From the NCBI GenBank assembly GCA_025963775.1, contig JAOQAD010000012.1:195056-259055 (forward strand): 64,000 bases of DNA, given 5' to 3'. Made by a program: the position numbers and the translations under genes. The first letter of the stretch is position 1. Every line of letters begins with the position of its first letter. The DNA comes from Bacteroidota bacterium. Its GTDB lineage: Bacteria > Bacteroidota > Bacteroidia > 2-12-FULL-35-15. A model generated the notes under the pieces. It was not told the origin of the DNA. It did no database searches and saw only the letters and a program-made list of their open reading frames with translations. Positions 57,426-64,000 of this stretch are shown here, one piece after another.

Positions 57426-57460
57426 AAAAAGCCCGATTTTGTTAACAAATCGGGCTTTTT
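57426..57460. terminator. Bidirectional terminator hairpin (left border of the low-GC island)
   Basis: The sequence is aaaaagcccgattt-tgttaaca-aaatcgggcttttt. Confidence 0.65.
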
Positions 57461-57484
57461 CAGTAAAATGATTTATGACAATGT

Positions 57485-57913
57485 TTACAGTTCCCTTGAA
57501 GTACAGGTTTTAGCAGTAAAATTTGCCGTAGAAGGAACTGTTCCAACAAAAGCTCCGCCCGAATCGTATACATCAATGGAAATAGAATAACTCTTGGTTG
57601 CTGACCCTGTCCATGATTTCTCTACTGTCAATGCTCCCGTTGCTCCGCAAGAAGGAGCAGAAGTAAAAGCATTCGCAACTGCGCCAATAAATGCGCCTTC
57701 TAAAAAAACATCTGCCCTTTCACTGCCCACTACACTTGCTGTCCAAAATACATAGCGACCACTATATTGACAGCTACCATCATCTTCTTCCGCATTTGAT
57801 TTAAAATTGTCGGCACTTGATGTAGTGCATCCTCTTATTTTTTCCTTTTTACAGCTTGTGATTCCAATTCCAAGCAGTAATATAACTGCCAATAATGTTT
57901 GTTTAGTTTTCAT
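57485..57913 (-). CDS. Hypothetical lipoprotein (GCTxxxAxNFxxxAxxDDGSCxY motif)
   Basis: The start is moved to MKTKQTLLAVILLLGIGITSC (lipobox). Confidence 0.55.
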   Translation of the reverse strand: MKTKQTLLAVILLLGIGITSCKKEKIRGCTTSSADNFKSNAEEDDGSCQYSGRYVFWTASVVGSERADVFLEGAFIGAVANAFTSAPSCGATGALTVEKSWTGSATKSYSISIDVYDSGGAFVGTVPSTANFTAKTCTSREL

Positions 57914-58005
57914 TTGTCGGTTTGTTTTTAGGTTTATAACTGACAAATAAAAACCAAATTAAAGCAGTGCGCTTACCGATTTGGTAAACGTAGCACTTTC
58001 ACTAA

Positions 58006-58764
58006 TTAGCGTATGTTCTTTTGAAGTAAAACATTTAGGAAAGAGCCTTTATTTCTTTCCGATACTTCTATGGTTATGCCTGTTTCCATAGTTATAAAAT
58101 TGCCATCAGCTTTTGAATAGCTTTTGGCAAGATTCAGGTTTATCAGGTAGGACTTGTGACAACGAAAAAAAGTTGTTTTCGGAAGCAGCTCCTCAAATGA
58201 TTTAAGAATTTTAGATGATACGACCCTTTCCCCATTTAGCAAATGAATTTTGGTATAAGCCCCATCTGCCTGACAATAAACAATGTCAGTAATCTTCACC
58301 AGCTTGTATCCGTCACTTATGGGAAGTGCGATCTTATTAAATTCATCCACTCGATTTGAAATATTTTCCAGCAGTAATTCAAACCGTTGCTCTTTCAGGT
58401 GTAGTCTTTTTTTATCTTTTAGTTTGTTTACTGCCTCTATCAGGAGCTTATGGTTGATTGGCTTCAAAAGATAATCAATTGCGGAAACCGTAAATGCTTT
58501 TACCGCATACCCTTCATGAGCAGTCGTAAATATCACCTCAAAAGATATTTTTTTGATCTTATCAAAAAGTGAAAACCCGTTTCCTCCCCTTAACTCAATA
58601 TCAAGGAACACTAAATCGGGGTCATGTTTTTGAATCAGATCAACGGCATCATCAACACAACTTCCTATGCCAACGACATCAACATCTTCACAATATCTGA
58701 ATAGTGTGTTTTTAAGTAAGTTCTGTGAGCGAATTTCATCGTCTACTATAATTGCTGTTATCAT
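58006..58764 (-). CDS. LytTR-family response regulator
   Basis: Has a receiver domain (IIVDDEIRS...DLVFLDIELRGGNG...LLKP) and a C-terminal LytTR domain. Confidence 0.88.
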   Translation of the reverse strand: MITAIIVDDEIRSQNLLKNTLFRYCEDVDVVGIGSCVDDAVDLIQKHDPDLVFLDIELRGGNGFSLFDKIKKISFEVIFTTAHEGYAVKAFTVSAIDYLLKPINHKLLIEAVNKLKDKKRLHLKEQRFELLLENISNRVDEFNKIALPISDGYKLVKITDIVYCQADGAYTKIHLLNGERVVSSKILKSFEELLPKTTFFRCHKSYLINLNLAKSYSKADGNFITMETGITIEVSERNKGSFLNVLLQKNIR

Positions 58765-58769
58765 GTTTT

Positions 58770-61706
58770 CTAATTTAATGGAATTGTTATTTCTACTCTT
58801 GTGCCTTGATTTAGATCATTAATCTGAATGCTAAAACCTCTATTTATATTATTAAGCATTTCTATACGATATGCTGTTATATCCATACCCATTGACCTAT
58901 GAGGTTTTAATTTAAATTCTGAAAATGATGCCGATTGTTTTCTGCCAATTCCATTATCGGTTACTGTACATGTAAGGAACGGTCTGTTTCTATCTTCTGT
59001 GATACTAAAGTCTAATTCTAATAAGCCTTCGCTATCTTTATGTATCAATCCATGTATAATAGCATTTTCTATGTAAGGCTGGATAAGCATGGGAGGTATA
59101 AATATATCTTCAGTACTTATATCTTTCGCCACATTTACTTTTACTTTATATTTGTTATTAAACCTGATCTCTTCGAGGTTAAGATATAGCAGTATAAATT
59201 CAAGCTCGTCTTGCAGGGTAATTGTTTTTTGTGTAGAGTTCTCTAATATCAATCTCATTAGTCGGGCAAAGTCAGTCAGGTGAATAATTGCATTCTCTTC
59301 ATCTTTTGTCATGATTACATCCTGAATAGAGCTTAACGCATTGAACATAAAATGCGGATTCATTTGCGCTCTCATTGCCTTCAATTCTGATTCTGTGATC
59401 TTCTTGATATTATTGATCTTTTCAAATTCAATCATCCTGATTTGTTTAATGCGATGATTTATTAAAAGCCAAGATACTGCGATCACTAATAACACACACA
59501 ACAATATAAACCACCATGTAGCCCACAATGGAGGGACAACCGTAAATGAATAAGCTCTTTCATTCCAATTCCCCTTTGAACCATAAGACCTTAATTTAAA
59601 GGTGTAGTTACCAGCAGGGAGGTTAGAGTATGTGGCGGATGTGTTTTTTGAAACAGGATTATACTGCCTGTCAAAACCTTCCATCATCCATTGATAACTT
59701 ACATTCTCAGGTGCATCAAGATTAATACCTGTGAAATCAAATGTCACATGGTTCTTGTTATAAGGCAACTTTAGATCAACAGGAAGGTTAGACCAATCAT
59801 CTACCTTTTGACCTTCATCCCATGAAGGAGTTTCATAATTAATCCTGATGCCAATAAAATTTATCATCGGGGCATTGCTGATTTTGTGATCTAAGGCTTC
59901 ATCGTATTGATACAAGCCATCAGCAGTACTCATGGTGATTTTGTTATCCAAAAAGAATAAGCCATTCTCAAGGCATCCTGAATTATCAATACCCTGCTCA
60001 GAATTATAAACTTTGATGCTCATATTACTTAGCATGATTTTATTCAAACCATTGATTGTTCCTGCCCATAAGGTATTCGTGGTCGAATCATACAATTCTG
60101 ACTGGATAAAATTATTACACAAGCCATCAGCAACAGTGTATGATTTAAAATTTTTACCATCATATTTCGCAATGCCGTTGCCTGATGTTCCAATCCATAA
60201 ATTTCCAGCATTGTCTTTAACGATGCTGGTATAACTGTCGGAATTTAATTGTTGCTTGCTAAAGGATATGACATTACCTTTTGAATCAATCTCCGTTAAC
60301 CGCAGGTAATTGGTGAACCATGAATTATGATTATTATCTACCAATGCCATGCGGGTTGTGTTGGATTGCGGTGCAGAAAAATCATTTTTTTTAAATTCAT
60401 TATTGGTGTAATGAATCACATTATAGTTTTTGCAAATCCATAAGCCACCTTTTTTATCAGAAGTAATGTAATACACTGCATTTTGAGATGAAGAATAATC
60501 TGTTTCTCCGAATTTATATACCGAACCATTTTGATATTTATACACCTGTCCGCTATATGTTCCAATATAAATACAGCTATCGGCATCAAACAGGCTTATT
60601 GTAAATTGATCGTTACCTGTTTTGATTGATTTAAACTTTCCATTTTTATATTCCAGCACTCCTGTTTGTGTGGCGAATAATAAAACTTTTTTGTTTTGAA
60701 TAGCGGAGAAAACGGGGCTTTTAAGGCTGTCGTACAAACGACTTTTATTGAATGGCTTTCGGTACATTTTAATCAAGCCTGCTGCTGATGCCATCCATAC
60801 GTTCTTATTGCTGTCTACCATTACCCGTAGAAGATCCCCATAAGGCAAAGCCGATTTAATACTGATAGAATCAAATGTATCAGTCTTCTTATCATAAATA
60901 TTTAGTTCTTGTGCAAAAGAGCTGGACAATATGTTCTTATCAGGCATCATGGTGATGTCGCTTATCTTATCATTTGAATATTTCTTAAATGATTTTCCAT
61001 CATATTTCACAATGCCTTTTGTTGTTCCAATCCAAATGATTCCATTGTATATTTTTATACAGGTAATATTGTTTGTTGCCTTATTGGTATCAACCTGAAC
61101 CACATTGATCTTCTTTTCTTTTGTGATCTCGTACAGACCTTTGGATGTTGCGAGCCATAACGAACCATTATATTCAATCACGCCTTTCACATTAAAGTTT
61201 ATTTCTTTCGATACCTGAATAAACTTATTATCCCTTAACACGAACAGTCCTTTAGAACAACAGGCATAAATCTGATGATCTTTTGTTTCATAAATGTTCC
61301 TGACGTAGATTGGTAAGTCGGATGTATCAGGAATAATATAATTCGTAAAAGATCGACCATTGAAACAAGACACACCCCGTTTGGTCGCAAGCCATAAGTT
61401 GTGATTGTAATCTTCTGTAATTCCAATGACCGTATTATCAATCAAGCCATTATTGACCTTGTTGTAATTGACGAATGAATGACCGTCAAATCGGGTAATG
61501 CCATCGTGACCGCCCAACCAAATGAATCCTCTGCTGTCGGAGATAAGGCATAGCATGTCAGCATTCTGAATCCCATCCTTTGTATCGTATACACGAAAGG
61601 AGTAATTCTGACCAAAGGCAAGCATTGAGCAGCACATGGCTACCACGATTAGGAATTGTTTCATTTTATTAGGAGTAATAGGCAAGTTGTTCTGACTAAC
61701 AAACAT
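58770..61706 (-). CDS. Sensor histidine kinase with periplasmic two-component-regulator propeller/Y_Y_Y domain and LytS-type kinase core
   Basis: The N-terminal region of about 700 aa has repeated xxxIWIGTxxGL propeller blades, followed by one TM helix (WWFILLCVLLVIAV). Next come MNPHFMFNALSSIQDVI and an HATPase region. The likely start is MKQFLIVVAM at 61664. Confidence 0.85.
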   Translation of the reverse strand: MFVSQNNLPITPNKMKQFLIVVAMCCSMLAFGQNYSFRVYDTKDGIQNADMLCLISDSRGFIWLGGHDGITRFDGHSFVNYNKVNNGLIDNTVIGITEDYNHNLWLATKRGVSCFNGRSFTNYIIPDTSDLPIYVRNIYETKDHQIYACCSKGLFVLRDNKFIQVSKEINFNVKGVIEYNGSLWLATSKGLYEITKEKKINVVQVDTNKATNNITCIKIYNGIIWIGTTKGIVKYDGKSFKKYSNDKISDITMMPDKNILSSSFAQELNIYDKKTDTFDSISIKSALPYGDLLRVMVDSNKNVWMASAAGLIKMYRKPFNKSRLYDSLKSPVFSAIQNKKVLLFATQTGVLEYKNGKFKSIKTGNDQFTISLFDADSCIYIGTYSGQVYKYQNGSVYKFGETDYSSSQNAVYYITSDKKGGLWICKNYNVIHYTNNEFKKNDFSAPQSNTTRMALVDNNHNSWFTNYLRLTEIDSKGNVISFSKQQLNSDSYTSIVKDNAGNLWIGTSGNGIAKYDGKNFKSYTVADGLCNNFIQSELYDSTTNTLWAGTINGLNKIMLSNMSIKVYNSEQGIDNSGCLENGLFFLDNKITMSTADGLYQYDEALDHKISNAPMINFIGIRINYETPSWDEGQKVDDWSNLPVDLKLPYNKNHVTFDFTGINLDAPENVSYQWMMEGFDRQYNPVSKNTSATYSNLPAGNYTFKLRSYGSKGNWNERAYSFTVVPPLWATWWFILLCVLLVIAVSWLLINHRIKQIRMIEFEKINNIKKITESELKAMRAQMNPHFMFNALSSIQDVIMTKDEENAIIHLTDFARLMRLILENSTQKTITLQDELEFILLYLNLEEIRFNNKYKVKVNVAKDISTEDIFIPPMLIQPYIENAIIHGLIHKDSEGLLELDFSITEDRNRPFLTCTVTDNGIGRKQSASFSEFKLKPHRSMGMDITAYRIEMLNNINRGFSIQINDLNQGTRVEITIPLN

Positions 61707-61787
61707 AAACGAAAAAATCAGAATAAAGCCTTGTTTTAGTAAACGTTAGACATTTAGTAATTATCGTATGGTTAATGAAAATAACCG

Positions 61788-61961
61788 TCATTTCTTATGA
61801 CAGTCAAGAACATCTGATTTATCGCTTTCTGAAAGGGAATTGCTTAGTAACTCAATGATAAATTCTCTCGGAATAAAATTCCTTCCAATAGCAAAGAGTT
61901 CTGCATTTGACAAGCTATCTAAAAGCTCATCGAATTGCCTGTTAGTGTCGTTGTTTTTCAT
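61788..61961 (-). CDS. Unlisted 57-aa ORF translationally coupled to the 113-aa ORF
   Basis: The hand translation is MKNNDTNRQFDELLDSLSNAELFAIGRNFIPREFIIELLSNSLSESDKSDVLDCHKK. Its ATG (61961-61959) overlaps the upstream TGA (61960-61958) as ATGA. Confidence 0.45.
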   Translation of the reverse strand: MKNNDTNRQFDELLDSLSNAELFAIGRNFIPREFIIELLSNSLSESDKSDVLDCHKK

Positions 61962-62299
61962 TCTGTCATAAGATTAAAGTGAATGCTTCGGCTTGGGTCT
62001 TTCCCGATGCCTAATTCCCATTGTTGGGTTCGTGGATTCATACTATAAAAGATATAATAGTCTGAATCATCGTAGAAAAAGAACTTACGGTCAAACCTTG
62101 GTCGTTTGATAATTTCAAGATAATCCTGAAATGTGATAAGCTGACCTATATCTTCAATAGCAATGCTCCACTTGCTGTACCTGAAAGTATTAACTTCCTT
62201 ATAATGATCGAGCGGAGTATCATAAGCTCTAAGAAGATCAACCATTGTGGCTTCATACCTCTCGACAGTGAGCCGTTCTTTTAAAAACATGTTTCTCAT
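61958..62299 (-). CDS. Hypothetical 113-aa protein (orphan)
   Basis: The ORF starts 38 nt downstream of the transposase stop on the same strand. No motif recognised. Confidence 0.5.
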   Translation of the reverse strand: MRNMFLKERLTVERYEATMVDLLRAYDTPLDHYKEVNTFRYSKWSIAIEDIGQLITFQDYLEIIKRPRFDRKFFFYDDSDYYIFYSMNPRTQQWELGIGKDPSRSIHFNLMTE

Positions 62300-62337
62300 A
62301 ATAGTGATTTTTTAATGTTAAAATTTTTATGATTTTT

Positions 62338-63660
62338 TTATTTTGAAGGTGAAGGCGGTCTGCCAAACAGAGGTGCATAATCTTTGGAAGTAATAAATCG
62401 AGCGACCCGATGGTTGTTCTCAACTACCCATTCCAGTGCTACGGTAATAAAATTATCTATGAAGTGTTTTAGCATTGCCTTTGGATTAACAAAGGGAACT
62501 TTCTTGCTAAACTTATGCGTGAGGTGCTGGTATACAATGCTTCCCATTGCCGATAATATAAAGAAGACGGTATTTTCGTTAAGAAATGAAAATGGGGGAC
62601 GCTCCCAATTAAAATCGTTCAGGCAGGTAAAGTTGCGTTCGGATGAGCCACGCTGATTATAGTAGATGACAACCTCTTTGTCTGACATTGATTTCTTGTC
62701 AGCGTTAGTAATGATCGCTCTGCAAGTGTCATCATCATCCGAGTATTTATTTTTCTTCTTTCGTCTTGAATCCCTCCCTTTGGTTACTACAACCCGATAT
62801 ACTTTGCCATTGATCTCATAATTGATAGAAGTTATTTTAGTCGGCTTATCGCCAATCCACACCTCCTGCATGGGATTATCATCATTGTTGAATGCAGCAT
62901 CGAAAAGAAGATGGCTGTTTCTTGCCCGAATAAAGAACTCTACATTTTCGGAATCCAAATACGCAAGCATCTCTTTTGAGTAGGCAGCATTGTCGCTCCT
63001 GAAACGTTTTATCTTTATTTTTTTAGTTTTTAGTAGCTCAAAACATCTTTTAACGGTATCGCAAATTCGGTACTTGGCATTTGAGTTCCCATTTCTGTTT
63101 TCAACGTAAACAGGTATTTTACCGATGAATGCAACGCCAGGAGCATAACCGTCATACTTTTTGTACGTTCTTTTAGCATCGTATTTCCTGCATTTTACAA
63201 CCACGTTGTCGTAATCAAGGACATTGCTTGCATTGCAATTGACCTGTCCGAGCTTAACAGCTATATCAACCATGAGGCTGTTTAAAGGCATGTTTACATT
63301 GAACTCGTGATCGGCTTTGGTCGTTGAATGGTAAGTATTCTCTGTTACAAGAGTTTTGGATTTAAAAATAAATCCTATTCTGTCAGGTGATGGATGCTTC
63401 GTATCGGGCATATCATCCAAATACTGTTTATATTTTTTGGTATCCTCTAACCTATGTGCGCCTGAAAGGGTAGAATAAATCCACGAAAGAATGATGTCAC
63501 TGTATTTGTATTTGGATTGTTTGGCTCTTGCCCCGAGATGGTTGTCGATAAGACGTGGGATTCCCTTATTCCGCATTTCTTCGATGCAGAATAACAGCCC
63601 TCCCAAATGATTATGTGGAATTGCTATACGATTTATTATTTTTCGTATATTTGTCTTCAC
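62338..63660 (-). CDS. IS1380-family DDE transposase
   Basis: 440 aa. By eye it is collinear with ISEcp1-type transposases as I recall them. The N-terminal GLLF...IDNHLG...YSDIILSWIYSTLSGAHRLEDT...PSPDRIG block, the FRSDNAAYS block and the VVIYYNQRGSSERNF block (versus VVIYYEKRGNAENYI) all match. Confidence 0.65.
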   Translation of the reverse strand: MKTNIRKIINRIAIPHNHLGGLLFCIEEMRNKGIPRLIDNHLGARAKQSKYKYSDIILSWIYSTLSGAHRLEDTKKYKQYLDDMPDTKHPSPDRIGFIFKSKTLVTENTYHSTTKADHEFNVNMPLNSLMVDIAVKLGQVNCNASNVLDYDNVVVKCRKYDAKRTYKKYDGYAPGVAFIGKIPVYVENRNGNSNAKYRICDTVKRCFELLKTKKIKIKRFRSDNAAYSKEMLAYLDSENVEFFIRARNSHLLFDAAFNNDDNPMQEVWIGDKPTKITSINYEINGKVYRVVVTKGRDSRRKKKNKYSDDDDTCRAIITNADKKSMSDKEVVIYYNQRGSSERNFTCLNDFNWERPPFSFLNENTVFFILSAMGSIVYQHLTHKFSKKVPFVNPKAMLKHFIDNFITVALEWVVENNHRVARFITSKDYAPLFGRPPSPSK

Positions 63661-63763
63661 AATTGCTTACGGCATTTGTAAATAGCTTTTCGGGTTTCCA
63701 AGTTTGCAAGACGGGAAAAACCTTTAAAGCTATTTTTTTTGCGTTTTTGTTAAATTCGGTTGG

Positions 63764-63798
63764 GTTATTAACATTTTGTGTGCCAAAATGTTAATAAC
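63764..63798. other. Perfect 14-bp stem hairpin upstream of the transposase start
   Basis: gttattaacatttt-gtgtgcc-aaaatgttaataac has no flanking T-run on either strand. Confidence 0.6.
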
Positions 63799-63957
63799 TT
63801 ACTGGGAATCAGTTAGTTGAGTGTCGAAAATACCCTTGAAAGCCTCTTTAATATTGAGAGCCTGTTAAAAAGTGATATTTTCTAAAATCAATGTGGTTTT
63901 CAACATAAAAATTCATAATTTTGACCTGAACTGTTATTATTGATTTTATGTAAGTAG

Positions 63958-64000
63958 TCAGGGTGAGGGTCGAACTCACAACATCTCATTAGCGGGGAGG
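63958..64000. repeat. Family A repeat fragment (right-arm type), truncated by window edge
   Basis: gtcagggtgagggtcgaactcac shares the ggtcgaactc core with the right arms at 10961-10977 and 30033-30050. Confidence 0.5.

Larger units (their letters stand above)
62300..63957 (-). mobile_element. IS1380-family insertion sequence (approximate extent, ends not resolved)
   Basis: The extent is inferred from the transposase ORF plus flanks, for an expected size of about 1.6-1.7 kb. Only a weak 10-bp inverted match was found (aatttttatg at 62322-62331 versus 63903-63912). Confidence 0.4.

Noticed and set aside
62322-63912. A 10-bp inverted match (aatttttatg) as candidate IS terminal inverted repeats, giving an element of about 1.6 kb.
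   Set aside because: In DNA this AT-rich, a 10-mer match between a 38-bp and a 300-bp region is expected by chance at appreciable frequency. The ends remain undefined.
63958-64000. A tRNA-like T-arm on the minus strand (gtgag-ttcgacc-ctcac) at the window edge next to the IS, suggesting a tRNA or tmRNA insertion target.
   Set aside because: I could not fold a matching anticodon stem from the adjacent bases. The ggtcgaactc core is identical to the right arms of the family A repeats at 10961-10977 and 30033-30050, so it is better explained as a repeat fragment.

Overview
The window reads like chromosomal DNA from a Bacteroidota genome, probably of Chitinophagia/Sphingobacteriia type. This placement is an inference from T9SS C-terminal sorting domains, DUF1573/DUF2807/DUF3467-type proteins, TAnnTTTG -7 boxes close to many starts, and the absence of Shine-Dalgarno sites. 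I count about 55 protein genes. Most are housekeeping (valS, dinB, icmF, mazG, acpH, apaG, tcdA, mnmD, an aminotransferase, a cyclophilin) or envelope and secreted proteins (OmpA-like, two M23/LysM peptidases, three tandem DUF1573 genes, a WG-repeat protein, C1 and M61-like peptidases). There are also two LytS/LytTR-type two-component pairs and two membrane-anchored PP2C (SpoIIE-type) phosphatases. I found no rRNA, tRNA or CRISPR array, and no recognisable known defence system. Five things are worth a second look. (1) A strongly AT-rich, single-strand island at 57.4-64.0 kb. It is headed by an IS1380-family transposase, followed in the same orientation by a translationally coupled orphan pair (113 aa plus a 57-aa ORF missing from the track), a propeller/LytS-type kinase, a LytTR regulator and a lipoprotein. 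(2) A very dense set of structured intergenic repeats: at least 22 GTCA-N3-CGAG hairpins or long palindromic elements, five CACCCC-hairpin elements, CTCTGCG-periodic motifs and TACGAAT arrays. They fill most long spacers and in one case supply the 3' end of a gene. (3) A collagen-like (G-X-Y) protein with a BclA-C/C1q-like C-terminal domain, apparently in an operon with a small T9SS-sorted protein. (4) A frameshifted PHB-depolymerase-family esterase. (5) Several low-GC orphan genes and an AAC(3)-I-like acetyltransferase patch. All functional calls rest on motif recognition by eye from the translated ORFs. No database search was run.
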